Below, in pieces: positions 12,891-26,489 of a DNA stretch of 64,000 nucleotides. Position 1 is the stretch's first letter. Each line of letters opens with the position of its first letter. The notes under the pieces were generated by a model. The model had not been told where the DNA came from, did not search any database, and saw only the letters and a program-made list of their open reading frames with translations. A program made the translations under genes and the position numbers. Source of the DNA: Octopus vulgaris (lineage: Eukaryota); contig OX597831.1 of the NCBI GenBank assembly GCA_951406725.2, forward strand, positions 27,590,001 through 27,654,000. The letters run 5' to 3'.

Positions 12891-13593
12891 TCTTTATATA
12901 TATAAAACTGAGAATGTGTGTCTGTCTGTCTGTGTGTTTCCCTAAAACTCGAGAACTACACAAACAATTTCATTCAAATTTTACACATGCCTTACTTAGG
13001 GTCCATGTAGTTTCATGGGCAAAAAAAATATTCAACTTCTTGCCTAGAGCGAGCCCATAGCAATATCATATCTTCTCCAGTATTACGTGTTAAAAGTGAA
13101 ACAAAAATATTTCTCTATTTTATGTCAGATGCTTTCACTTTAACAATAAAAATAATAATAACAATTGAATTATATGTAGTAAGTAATAATTAAAATCAAA
13201 CTAAAGTATAATATAAGTAAAAATAGCAATTGGTATAAAATTGCATCAATGATTTGAACTTGAATAAGTGGTTTCACATGAATGGGAATTAAATTAAAAA
13301 TAAAATTAGCATGCAAAAATGGAATAGTTCAGATGGATAATAAAAAATTAAATTAAAGAAAAGACTATTGTCTATAAAGTATACAATGTAGAAAAAAGAG
13401 AAGAGCTAACAATTCCAGTCTGTTATATATTTTGAGTATTGTTATCACTAGCGATATCAAGATATAACTTTGTATTTTGCATTTTATGTGTAGATGTATA
13501 TATATAGATGTACTTGTAATATGTACACATATATATACACATATATACATGCACTAGCACTATGACCCGGCAACGACGGGTCTTTAATGCTAG
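12891..13593 (+). mobile_element. Non-autonomous Helitron nested in the microsatellite of a CORE-like SINE (12722-13830)
   Basis: 5' A|TCTTTATATATATAAAAC, 3' hairpin GACCCG-gcaacga-CGGGTC then CTAG|T. No TSD. The host SINE halves lie on both sides. Confidence 0.8.
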
Positions 13594-14066
13594 TATATAT
13601 ATATATGTGTGTGTGTGTGTGTTTGTGTTTGTGTGTCTATGTTCGTCCCCCCAACATGGCTTGATGACCGATGCTGCTCTGTTTATATCCCCGTAACTTA
13701 GCGGTTCAGCAAAATGGACCGATAGAATAAGTACTAGGCTTACAAAGAATAAGTCCTGGGGTCGATTTGCTCGACTAAAGGCGGTGCTCCAGCATGGCCA
13801 CAGTCAAATGACTGAAACAAGTAAAAGAGGCATATCCCGGCTCAAGTCTTTTCGATTTAAGTCGTTCTCAATTATACATTGGTTTTCAAACAATATATGG
13901 AAAAATAAAAATCAAGTTAAGTCATTTTACTCAACTTTACATCTGTCCACCACAAATATTGGAATTGTAAAATCACTAGAAAACCGTTTAAAGCACAAAA
14001 TCATGTTACCGTACAATAAATAAGAATAAAAGCATATACAATCATATTAAAATATGTACAGTAAAT

Positions 14067-14745
14067 GTTAGTTAGTTAGTTAGTTAATTTGGCTCAAAAG
14101 CAAATAGCAAGGCCATGTAGGGGGATATGGAGTTAAGTACAAGGTGGTGTTCATGTAAAGAGTTCAGGCCACTTGAGGTCCAGGGAGGCTTTGAACAAAG
14201 CGGTCGTCGGCATCTTCACCATCTCGTCTGGCAGCTTGTTCCATGGATCCGCAACCCGGACGGAGAAAGCTCCTCTCCTTCGATTGAGATGAAATCGTCG
14301 CAGGTAGAGCTTTTCGGAATGACCCCGCAGCCGACGCTCTGGAGCAGGAGTGAAGAACAGCTCTTTCGAGAGGTTACACTTTCCGCTTATGATGTTGTGG
14401 GCGAGAATGAGATCACCACGGCGGCAGCGTTTTTCAAGAGAATAAAGGTCGAGCGTCCTCAGCCTTTCTTCGTAGGACAAATTTTGAGACTATGAACCAT
14501 GCAGGTAGCCAGCTTCTGGACTCTTTCGAGATGCTGTATGTCTTTGAGGAGATAAGGAGAAGAGGCTTGAATCCCATACTCCAATATGGGTCTCACCAGT
14601 GTGACATAGAGTGGTAGGAATATGGCTGCTGTGAGCATTCCGAATGACCGTCGAATCAAGAACAGAATTCCGCGTGCTTTGTTGGCAGCATGGACGCACT
14701 GGGCTGAAGGCGAAAAGGAGGAATCCACCAAGATACCCGTTAAGA
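14067..14745 (-). mobile_element. 5'-truncated CR1/L2-clade LINE (RT C-terminus) with (TAAC)n tail
   Basis: Translation LYVTLVRPILEYGIQASSPYLLKDIQHLERVQKLAT / SYEERLRTLDLYSLEKRCRRGDLI..FSVRVADPWNKLP, with one frameshift at ~14485. Confidence 0.9.
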
Positions 14746-14949
14746 TACACACCATAAAGTAGTGTAGTTTAGTGAATGAAATCATGAAATCAGTTGTGTT
14801 GTCTTATTTATCGGTCTTTCGGAACTCATATTGCACTGTAGTTCCAATATCTACTGTTAGGCGTCATTGTTACTCGTAATTCCCACAATTGCTTTGAATT
14901 CAGATTTGTTTACATCTGTTTATCGGCTACTTTCTTATTCTCATTCATT

Positions 14950-15425
14950 TGTGACTTTATTTTTTGCCCCCCATCGCTTCTAAGAAAATTCACAGTGAAA
15001 GTGCTAAGCGTCATGCTATAATGCTGGAAGATAAACTGGCTATGATAAAATGCCCCGATAAAGGTGAAAAAGTGGTAGCAGTTGCACGATCTTTTGGGAT
15101 GAGTTGGACAACTGTATGAACGATTGTACATAATAAGGACAAGATTTTAGTACATAACAAATCTGAAGCCCCATCAATAAGAGGCGAAACCCTTTGAAGA
15201 AATGGTAAGTCTTCTTTCTCTTTGGATTGTTAGGTTGAATTGTTAGCATGCTACTATTGGTCAAGAAATCATTCAAGAGAAAGCATTGTCTTTGAGGACC
15301 TGAAGAAAAAATATCCGGATGAGAAAGATGTAGAGTTCAAGGCAAGTCAAGGATGGTCCATGAGATTTAAGAAACGAAGAAGTTATCAGTTCATCAAGGG
15401 GGAAGGTGAAAGTGCATCAGCAGTG
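14950..15425 (+). mobile_element. Tigger/pogo transposase remnant (CENP-B-type HTH region)
   Basis: DKGEKVVAVARSFGMSWTTV and EFKASQGWSMRFKKR..IKGEGESASA, broken by stops and frameshifts. Confidence 0.75.
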
Positions 15426-18400
15426 GAATTTTTTATTAATTTTGGTCTAATATTGATTGTATTTCTCAAGCAAACACAAGACTGAGCTGAGCTAATTAGA
15501 AGGTTATGCTTCACTGATGAGGTTTAAATAAGCTGAAAACATGTCCAGATTTGTATCCCTTGTTTGCTGATAACATGATATTAGTCCTTCATTGTTGTTC
15601 TTTACTTCACAGTATACTTATTTCTTTTCACATATATAAAAAAAAATGCATTTTTCAAGTATATGGTCCTGGGTTCAACCCCATTGCACCTTTGGTAAAT
15701 GTCAACCACAGCTTCAGGTTGACCTATACCTTGTCAGCAAAGTATAGTAGATAAAAGCTCTTAAGAAGATTGTCTATAACTAATAACCCTTGCTCGACTT
15801 TACAGTTTAATATCAAATAACAAAACAAAAATAAAACTAATTTAGCCCCAGGTCAACCTGAATGAAGAAACTTATGATCAAAGACATTCAGGCTGAGAAC
15901 ATGTGGTTTTTTTATCAGAGGGTATATCAAGAAAGAGGGTACTTTTAATTACCTTCTGATAATTACTGATAATTACCTTCTTTATTAAGAGAGTAGCATG
16001 TGGTTTGAAGGAGATTTGGCTGCACTTTCAAGCAGATCAAAAGACATAGAAGTTGTCATTGGCTCCAGTGAAGTATTAGAAGTAACTAAAAGAAGAGCAG
16101 GGAGGTTTTGGCTGGTACTTCTAGCAGGTTAAATGACTGCTTAGAGGCTCCTAGCTTGGCTTGTATAAGTATTTATCAAAGGTAAGTGGGTATCTTTTAT
16201 TTATTTCAGTCATTGGACTGTAGCCATCCTGAGGCACTGCCTTAAAGGGTTTTAGTTGAACAAATCAACCCCAGGATTTAATTTTTTAAAAGCCTGGTAC
16301 TTACTCTATGTTACAGGGGATGTAACCAGACCAACGCTGGTTGTCAAGTAGTGGTGGGACACACACATTTGTATGTATATGACGGACTGCTTTCAGTTTC
16401 CGTCTACTAAATCCACTCACAAGGCCTTGGTCAGTCTGTGACTATAGCAGAAGACACTTGTCCAAAGTGCGACACAGTGGAACTGTACCTGGAATCATGC
16501 GATTGGGAAACAAACTTTTTACCAAACTGCCAGGCGTGTGCCTACATTTATATATAAAAGACCAAGTCCCAAGTCGCAATTTTTGTTGGCTGGTTTGAAA
16601 CTTACTTGGCCACTAAATTAAATTCTCGTCAACCGATCAATGATTAGTAAGCTGTGATATCAAGAGGTATACCAACTAACTAAACACTGCATTACAGTCC
16701 TCAAAGCAGGGACACTCACTGATCTTTCAACACGTGTCGCTCTCACGCAGCATAGGACTTACTATATTCATGATGTCATCAACTGGATAAACTATTATCA
16801 ATATATACATTGTCATTATTGAAAAAACAAACATACATAGGTTGCTGTGTAGACAACAGTAGTTAACACCCACCAGCTTAGCTTCATTGAAAGCATATAC
16901 TTGTAGAATTGTTGTCACATCATACACTTATGTACACGATACACATTCATTTGAAGACTCACCTTCATGTCAAGACATAATACATACATACATGTCTGGA
17001 TGTGTGCACTCTAAAGTGCCTAAACAGACTTGCCTGTACACACACACGCACATCCTCATCATCGTTTAACGCCCGCTTTCGATGCTAACATGGGTTGGAT
17101 GATTTGACTGAGGACTGGCGAACCAGATGGCTGTACCAGGCTCCAATCTGATCTGGCAGAGTTTCTACAGCTGGATGCCCTTCCTAACGCCAACCACTCC
17201 GAGAGCGTAGTCGGTGCTTTTACGTGCATACATACACGTAGATATATATACACAAGGTGCAATGGGTAAATTGTCGCCATTTTATATTTAATTTCATGCA
17301 TGCATGTTGGTTGTTTTTGTTGACTACACAGTATAGTAGGGTCGGTTGGGCACTGTGAGAAAAACAGTTTAGGTGTCAGCATCATGATCGTAAGATTGTG
17401 GTTTCGATTCCTGGACCGGGTGACGCATTGTGTTCTTGAGCAAAACACTTTATTTCACGTTGCTCTAGTCCACTCAGCTGGCAAAAAGGGGTAACACTGC
17501 GATGGATTGGCGTCCCGTCCAGCTGGGGAACACATACGCCATTGAAACCGGGTCCATGAGCCTGGCTAGGTTTTAAAGGATGCATTTATTATTTTTTTAT
17601 TAATCTAAATGCTAAAGGGTGAATATAAGTTACATATCAAGGAATTAGTAAAACTGAAGATTTAATATTCTTCTCAGCACAAGTTCTTATGTTTTTGCAA
17701 TTTGTACCTCCTACGAAAAAGTTTCCTCATCCCTGTACTACAATGTCAGCACACACCATATCATGGTCAAATTTCTGTTTAACCCTTCTTAGGGTCAAAA
17801 AGAAATTTACCAAAGAACACCCTTGGTTCTCTGATACAAATTTTCTGTTTGAAAGTGGTCTGAATTAAAACCTTTCATGTTAATGTAGGTTTCAAACTCC
17901 AGCTTAATAATGGTTTCAAATTTCAGCACAAGGCCAGCAGTTTAATGGATCAATTACATCAACCCCACTGCATAACTGGTACTTATTTTATTGACCCTGG
18001 AAGGATGAAAGGCAAAGTCACACTCGGCAGAATTTGAACTCAAAAGAAAGACAGACGAAGTGCTGCTAAGCATTTTGCCTGGTGCGCAAACAATCCTGCC
18101 AGCATGCTACCTCACACCCTAGCTTAATAATGACCAAATTATTTTACAAAATTCTTCATTTTCAAAATTAATTAATTTAAGAAATGGGCATATTAGATGC
18201 ACCCCAGTTTCAGTAGTACATAGTGCTTATTGAAGGCTTAACTTTGCATGTAGGGCCCAGGGTGATTTTCTTTTCTTTCTTTTTTTTTAAAAACTTTCAA
18301 TAGAAGTATGGTGAAAAAGGTTTAATGCTCCCCCCACCCCCAACACATCTCTCAACCATCTACAAAAATAGCCACCATTAGTGAATAAGGAAACACCACA

Positions 18401-18777
18401 ACCACCACCATGTCCAGACTTCTACATTGCTCACCACACTGCACACAATGCAGATACAAACCACTCCATGTCGGAGTATGCAATTGTCCTCAACTTAAAA
18501 GAGAAGCAATGTATATCAGGAGCACAAGACCAGTGGGTCCCAACCAGACATCAAACCCAAAGGATCTCAACGACGACTAGTGTGAGTGGGGTGTCCACAA
18601 CAATCTGTTTTTAAATATTCTAGGCATAGGAGTGGTAAGTAGCTTGCTTACCAGCCACATGGTTCTGGGTTCAGTCCCACTGTGTGGCACCTTGGGCAAG
18701 AGTCTTCTACTATAGCCTCGGGCCAACCAAAGCCTTCTGAGTGGATTTGGTAGACAGAAACTCAAAGAAGCCTGTCG

Positions 18778-18829
<52 letters not shown>

Positions 18830-20285
18830 CAACATCACTTAACAACCGATGCTGGTGTGTTTACATCCCTGTAACTTAGCGGTTTAGCAAAAGAGACTGA
18901 TAGAATAAGTACTAGGCTTACAAAGAATAAGTCCTGGGGTTGATTTGCTCGACTAAAGGCAGTGCTCCAGCATGGCCACAGTCAAATGATTGAAACAAGT
19001 AAAAGAGTAACAATCATCATTATTATGGTGCAGCCATCTGGTTTGCCATCCCTCAGTCAAAATCGTCCAACCCATGCTAGCATGGAAAGCGGACGTTAAA
19101 CGATGATGATGATCATCATCATCATCAGGACAATAAGAAGTGAGAGAACTGATAAGGTGTCCTCGTGCAACATAGCTCACCCCTGAACTCTAAGTTGAAG
19201 AGGGTCGGGTAAAGAAGTACAGGTCAAGTACAGGAAGACCTATCAATTAGCTATACTCTTCTCCATCATGTCCCTACCCCAAATCTGACTAAAAAAAAAT
19301 TATTATTTTCTTCTTTCAATTTTGCTTCCATTTCTGCTGAGTATCTTCCCCAAATTATTATTTTTTAGTAATTCTAGTGATTGACAAAAAAAAACCTTCC
19401 CATGCTGTTAACCTCAATTTTTTTTGTATTTTATAAAACTAAATAGAAAGGGTGTGGGTTAGTCGGTGGGTGATTGGGTCTTTAATATATTTCCACCAGT
19501 AATTAATAACTCACTAGAAAATTAAGGTCTATAATTATCATTTCTAGTTAAAAGTGGGTCTGTGTGAATGTCAGTGTGAGTAGATGTAAGCATGTAAGTA
19601 TGAGCACAAGCGTATGTATGTGTGCGTGTATACATATGTACGCATGTGTGTGGATGCACAAGTGTGTATATATATGCATGTGTTTATGTGTGTATAATCA
19701 TGTATTTATTTTGTTACATCACAATTGGTAAACAGTAGCAATGTGCCGTATTTCTGGAGTGAAACTTCTAACCCTGCTTAGCTGTCAGAATTAACAGGTG
19801 TCATCACATCATCTGGAGAGAGGTATGGTTACCTGTGAGAGTTTAGTGCAGTTGTTGGTCCTCAATCATTTCCTGACACACCAGACATTAAAATAAAAAA
19901 TTTTAAAAATGCATGCCATGGTTACATTGAAGTCACAAGATGCAGCATGGTGGATATGAACTACAGAGCAAGTGAAAAGTAGCACCCAGTTCCTGAGAGA
20001 AGCCATGCCTTTATTTGGTTGTATTGCAGGTTATTACAGACAGTTTTTAAAGTTACTAAATCTGGATCATGTATCATGTTAATACTCTTTGATATCTTTT
20101 CTATTCTGGTGTTGGATAAATAATTTAATGAAGCAGGGGGAAAGAAAGTATTCACACGACAGACTACATTTACTGTAACATGAAGTTAAGATTGGTCAAG
20201 ATTTTGATGATCATCAAGAAATACAGGATGGTGATGATTAGACTATCTTTGAACTGGAGCTAAGTAACAACAACATAAAGGAGGA

Positions 20286-20667
20286 GGAAGCACTCCGTCG
20301 GTTACGACGACGAGGGTTCCGGTTGATCCAATCAACGGAACAGCCTGCTCGTGAAATTAACGTGTAAGTGGCTGAGCACTCCACAGACACGTGTACCCTT
20401 AACGTAGTTCTCGGGGATATTCAGCGTGACACAGAGAGTGACAAGGCCGGCCCTTTGAAATACAAGGTACAACAGAAACAGGAAGTAAGAGTGAGAGAAA
20501 GTTGTGGTGAAAGAGTACAGCAGGGATCGCCACCATCCCCTGCCGGAGCCTCGTGGAGCTTTAGGTGTTTTCGCTCAATAAACACTCACAGCGCCCGGTC
20601 TGGGAATCGAAACCGCGATCCTACGACCGCAAGTCTGCTGCCCTAACCACTGGGCCATTGCGCCTCC
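20286..20667 (-). mobile_element. Young tRNA-derived SINE, near-identical to 60424-60806
   Basis: Head GGAGGCGCAATGGCCCAGTGGTTAGGGCAGC..GGTTTCGATTCCC with CpGs intact. The 15-bp direct repeat AACAACAACATAAAG lies at 20266-20280 and 20674-20688. Confidence 0.85.
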
Positions 20668-21034
20668 ACAGACAACAACAACATAAAGCAACTTGGCTAA
20701 CCTCATCATAGCACCAGGTGACCATCCAGTATTGTTATTACAACTGGAAGACCTCAATAAAGCCAGTAAAGTACACACCTCCAAGACACATGGTAATACA
20801 GTGTAGGGGAACTATATCAACCTGTATAGTAGACATTGTATATAAGAGACATACCTATAACTGATGGTCTTGGCAGTAGCAGTGGTGTGGAGACCATGAT
20901 GATGGGAACAGGTGTGTTTCAAACATACCACACACACAGACGTTCTCAGACACACCCAGATACACACATCCATAGGCAGAAAGACATGCACGTGCATGCA
21001 CAGAAACTCATGCACAAATATGTGTGCATGTACA

Positions 21035-21105
21035 TGCACACACACACACACAACCACACAAACATACAGAAACAGAAACACATACACACAAATATATAGA
21101 AACAG

Positions 21106-21136
<31 letters not shown>

Positions 21137-21715
21137 TACAGAAACAGAAAGACACACACACAAACATACAGAAACACACACACACACACACACATACACA
21201 CAAATATACAGAAAGACACACAGACACACATACAGAAATACACAGAAATGTACATGCACACACAACCACACAGAAACATACAGAAACAAAAACACACACA
21301 CACACAAACATACAAATATACAGAAAGACACACACACACAAATATACAGAAAGACACACACACACAAATATACAGAAAGACACACACACACAAATATACA
21401 GAAAGACACACACACACAAATATACAGAAAGACACACACACACAAATATACAGAAAGACACACACATACACACAAATATACAGAAACAGAAAGACACACA
21501 CACACATACACACAAATATACAGAAACAAAGACACACACACAAATATACAGAAACAGAAAGACACACGCACACACACACAAACGTACAGAAACACGAAGA
21601 CAGACACACATGGAAATACACACACACACACAAAGACCGAAATCTATAAAAGCAAATTGACACACACGTGCATGCACACAGCAAAAACAAACACACACAC
21701 ACATACACACACACT
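21035..21715. repeat. Compound (CA)n-based minisatellite (~24-30 bp unit CACACACACAAATATACAGAAAGA)
   Basis: Visible tandem units. Source of the long spurious HT/CV-rich ORFs. Confidence 0.9.
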
Positions 21716-22172
21716 GAAACCGGCAGTAAGAAGAAACGTAAGTAAACTAGTGTTTAAGAAAAGAAGGGAAGTGATGTAATGGATGACATAGCAGTCTGGA
21801 TGTGTGGTGGTGGCAATAACTTCTCCAATTCCCACTGGATCCTTTTATGCGTAGTCATAGCAACAGTAGACTGCAGATGAGGGGAGTGTGTGTGTGTAGG
21901 GGGAATAGAAACACCAAACACACAAAATAAATAAATAAATAAAAACAGATGATACTGAGGAATCAAAGTATGATTCATACTGCACGTGTTTATAGCTGCA
22001 TCTTAACATTACTGCACCGATGAACTGGCCACAGTGCGCTAAGAACCACATCACATCAAAACAACATTGGTACAGGGGAGAACATCAGAAAGTTTATTAT
22101 ATTTCGTTTTTGGATTTGGATTTGGTTTGCAAGATTCTTTATATGAGTTCGTGTGTTGAAGCATTTTCTGTT

Positions 22173-22399
22173 GTGTCTGGGGAGAGTCATTTTCTTTTTT
22201 TTTTGTGCCTTATAATTCAACACACTCACCGTGGTAAAATTTCCACTTTTTTCTTTTTTTTTTATTGTCCTAAAATTTTTATTGTCCTAAAAGACGCAAC
22301 GAAAATTTTAGGACAATAAAAAATAAGAAAAAAGTGGAAATTTTACTGATAAGTGTGTTGAATTCTAAGGCACAAAAAGAAAACGACTCTCCCCAGACA
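22173..22399. repeat. ~230-bp foldback (inverted repeat, MITE-like)
   Basis: TGTCTGGGGAGAGTC...TTATTGTCCTAAAATTTT pairs with AAAATTTTAGGACAATAA...GACTCTCCCCAGACA. Confidence 0.85.
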
Positions 22400-24313
22400 G
22401 ATCAGAAAGTTGTTTACCTGTACTAATACTACTACTGCTAATAATAATAATAATAATTTGTTTATTGGCCACAAGGGCTAACAAAAATCAAATAAAACAT
22501 GTAAGGACAAAATACAGGGCGAAATTTACAAAAAGAGTTTTGTCCATTTGTAAAGTCCATGTAAAAATGCAAGATAACAACGAAAATATAACAAATAAAA
22601 ACTGCCAATAGGGGGAGGCGCTTCGAAAGGTTACTCGTGGAAAAACCCATAAAAGCCACGGGATAATAATAATTCTTTCTACTATAGGCACAAGGCCTGG
22701 AATTTGAGGGGAGGGTGATAGTTGATCACATCAACCCCAGTACTTGACTGGCACTTAATTTTATCGACGTCAATAGGATGAAAGTCAAAGTCAACCTTGG
22801 CAGAATTTGAACCCAGAATGTAAAGACATGAAAAGTCATGAAGCATTTTGTATGGCATGCTAATGATTCTGCCAGCTTACTGCCTTAAAAATAATGATGA
22901 TGATGGATCCATACACGTTTATAATGTTGATAGAAGGCAGCAAGCTGGCAGAAACGTTAGCACACCAGACGAAATGCTTAGCGGTATTTCGTCTGCCGTT
23001 ACGTTCTGAGTTCAAATTCTGCTGAGGTTGACTTTACCTTTCATCCTTTCGGGGTCGATAAATTAAGTACCAGTTACACACTGGGGTCGTTGTAATCGAC
23101 TAAATCACTTTGTCTGTCCTTGTTTATCCTCTCTGTGTTTAGCCCCTTGTTGGCAATAAAGAAACATATATAATGTTGATAATCAGATCCTAGATAGAGA
23201 TTTTATTACAAGTTCAATGCAGCTGTTACACTTAACCTATCTGCCCAACAATCTCCTTATCAGTGGATTCACCAGTCAGGGAGCACTAGCCTTTCTCCTT
23301 AGATATTAAACTTACCAAATAGCTCAACCAATACCTTCAACAAATTTCCTCCAACAAGCTCTTATATATAATAAAAAATACAAACCCCAAAAGATAGCAA
23401 GGCAACTTCTAAATATCAATCACTTGATTTGCTAAATCTTACAGTCAAATCTTCACCATATCTAATAGGTTTTCTTCATTTGTTTTTAAATGGGAATCAC
23501 CCACTAAATCAGAAAGATGGCGATGGTTGGAACATATATATATCATCATAGATAATAGCTCTACTAAACTAGGGTTGTCCTGGAACTAAAGCACAAAATA
23601 AACACTCACTACAAGTACTTTACCGTAGGCTACACTACTGACACATGCCGGTTTCCTACCGTCACTGTCATACATGTTCCCAATGAGACAATTACCTTTA
23701 GGAAAGTAGAATGAAGGACCTTGACTAAGGTCAATTATAGCAAACATAGACCACATTTTTCGAGAACTTGACATTGTTTTAACACCCACCACAAATATAC
23801 AAACACATAGAAAGAGAGAGACCGAGACACAAGCCCCAACATCTACACATGACAATTAATCAGGAACACGTGATTATTACAAGGACAAAAGACATCATTA
23901 AGATATTCTATAATTACTGAATAACCTTCAGCTTTTTTTTTTTTTTAAATATATTTAAAACAATTTTTTCCACTCAGTTCACATGATAACAATAGCAACA
24001 ACAACAACTGCTGAAGTCATCATCAGTTATCAGGAGAGTGAGTCGACGAACAGCAGACAACCAGATAAAATGTGATACATTTTATTTAGTTTTAGTTCAT
24101 GTTCACCCTCCACATCTCATCATGGGTCTCATGCCTTTCACCACTTCAAGGGGGAAAAAAAATCATACGCATAGGCACAGGAGTGGCTGTGTGATAAGAA
24201 GCTGGGTTCAGCCCCACTGTGTGGCACTTTGGGTGAGTGTCTTCTACTATAGCCTCGGGTTGACCAAAGCCTTGTGAGTGGATTTGGTAGACGGAAACTG
24301 AAAGAAGCTTGTC

Positions 24314-24372
<59 letters not shown>

Positions 24373-24375
<3 letters not shown>

Positions 24376-24800
24376 TCATCATCGTTTAACGTCCGCTTTC
24401 CATGCTAGCATGGGTTGGACGATTTGACTGAGGTCTGGCGAATCAGATGGCTGCACCAGACTCCAATCTGATCTGGCAGAGTTTCTGCAGCTGGATGCCC
24501 TTCCTAATGCCAACCACTCCGAGAGTGTAGTGGGTACTTTTATGTGCCACCGGCACAAGGGCCAGTTAGGTGGTACTGGCAATGGCTAAGCTCAAATGGT
24601 GCTTTTTATGTGCCACCTGCACAGGAGCCAGTCCAGCAGCACTGGCAACGACCTCGCTCGAATGTATTTTTTCACGTGCCACCACCACAAGTGCTAGTAA
24701 GGTGACACAGGTAACGATCACGCTCGAATGGCGTATTTAACATGCCATCGGCATGGAGTCCAGCTTGTTGCTCTGGCAACGATCTCACTCGTATGGTACT
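24373..24800 (-). mobile_element. RTE-tail-type SINE/retroposon with (GAT)n tail (other copies at ~17056-17225, 19030-19125, 42105-42330)
   Basis: Minus strand TTGGC(A/G)TTAGGAAGGGCATCCAGCTG..AAAGCGGACGTTAAACGATGATGATG. Confidence 0.65.
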
Positions 24801-24839
24801 CACGATGTTGATAAGAAAAAAAGAGATTTGGAAATGCTA

Positions 24840-25075
24840 CCTTGAAAGGTTGTTAAGAGAGGAAAAGGTTAAAGAGAGAAAGAGAAAGAGCATGACAATC
24901 TGTCTAATGTAACTACAACACAGGAACAAGCTAGTGAAGACAGCTACATGATCAAGATAGCTATTAAGAATATGAAAGCAGGGAAAGCAGCAGAGCCACC
25001 AGGAATGGTTTCTGTGAACCTGAAAATATAAGGTTAAGTACAAGACACCCTAGTAACTCACAGCATCAATCAGGA
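24840..25075 (+). mobile_element. RTE-like LINE reverse transcriptase fragment
   Basis: IKIAIKNMKAGKAAEPPGMVSVNLK resembles the RT N-terminal AI..MK.GKA.GPDG motif. Confidence 0.5.
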
Positions 25076-26489
25076 AGTTAGTTTAAGACTTTATGATTCT
25101 AGACTTTGCTTCCAAGAAAGAAACTTTTCTAATTATTTGACTCAGCACACAGGCCTAAGCAATCAGCATATAGAAGTTCTCACATACAACTGTCTTAAAT
25201 TCCTTTGTTCTTTAGCATCAATATATCTCATGAGACTATGGCTCCTAGAAATTCTTGATTCAGTTTTCTACCTATATAAAAGAGAAAACAAACTTGCACA
25301 CTTTGGCTTTGGTAAGGATTCAATGACACTAGATGTGCTAGGATCAAGCTGAAAATTTACACACCTATAGAAAGCGTGGTCTAGTTACGGCCAGAGTAGG
25401 TTTCAAATCTCTATCGCGATAACAAAGGCCCGAAACAATGCATTTTCTGCGAGTGAGTGGATGTCATACACTATTGCCTTGAGTTGTGTTCACGCAACAT
25501 GTTGGATTCTACACGTGACTGTGTGCGTGTTTGCGCGAATGCAACAGAAAAATGGGGCGAAAACACATTCAATTTTTGAGTTTTCTGAAAAACAAAATAT
25601 GAGCATATATGTCGATAAGTTTTCTGAATCAATTGGAGCAAGTTTGAATTCTCTAGCTTGAAAAATGCAAATTCTAGCAGTTTTGAGTGTGCCTTTTTAA
25701 AGAGTTCTCAGTTGAAAATGGTGTCAAAAGATAGCTCAAAATGAGAGAATTATTTTGAAGACCAAATCGCCTCAAAAATCGAACGGGAAGTGCTCTTAAT
25801 ATCAATGAAAATATTCGTAAAAATGATCGCGCTAAATTGTCTTATATATAAAGCTGATGTTAACTGTGTATGGCCGGTTTGATAGCCTTCAACTAACATT
25901 ATCTCCTCCGAGACCCTGCAGCGCAAGTTGACCAAATTTGAGAGTGTGATAGAAGAAGGCTTGCTCTTCATTCCGTAGAAGATAAAATTCAAATCGGACT
26001 ATGTTAAGACCAAAAATTATTTACATCAAAAGGGTGCTTTTTTTCTATGAAAATACCTATTTTTTACAACTTTTTGACTGCTGAGTCGTCATTTTTCGGT
26101 GGATTTCAACCAGAAAAATGTTCACTTAAAGAGAAAGCTACATAATGTGAAATTTTTACTTTTCAAAAATTCCAATTCTAAAGGGTCGAAACAAACCCGA
26201 ACAACACCAGTGACACAACACTGGAATGTCCTCTCTCTCAAGCACAGACCTGAGCAAAATTTTGTGGAACAGTAGCAATTGCCTATGTAGAGGTCTCCTA
26301 TTTCTGTGTTACCAATGTTCATACCCAGTTATTGGTGTAGCAGTATCATTATCATCATCATCAACAGCTATAAGAACAGAGACTGTTTCAGAGAGAAACA
26401 ACTAGAGCAGAATTTAGATCAAACAAATGGACCAAGTAAGAAAAACAAAAGAGCTGAAGCACAACTAATTAGGAAGATAATTAGCTTAA

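Noticed and set aside
13779-13830. SINE tail CAGTCAAATGACTGAAACAAGTA as a hammerhead
   Set aside because: It resembles stem II-GAAA-stem III-GUA, but no CUGANGA or stem I lies upstream in any copy. More likely a LINE-type tail stem-loop.
20812-21779. Long ORFs of 200-300 aa on both strands
   Set aside because: Translations of (CA)n-based tandem repeats (HT/CV/YI-rich), open in several frames, with no splice or homology signal. The same applies to 28000-28640, 55976-56560 and 58776-59300.
24920-25040. Minus-strand WWLCCFPCF peptide as the PI4K2 CCPCC exon
   Set aside because: It lacks FKPK/EEPYG/NPKW context, and the plus strand reads as an RTE RT fragment.
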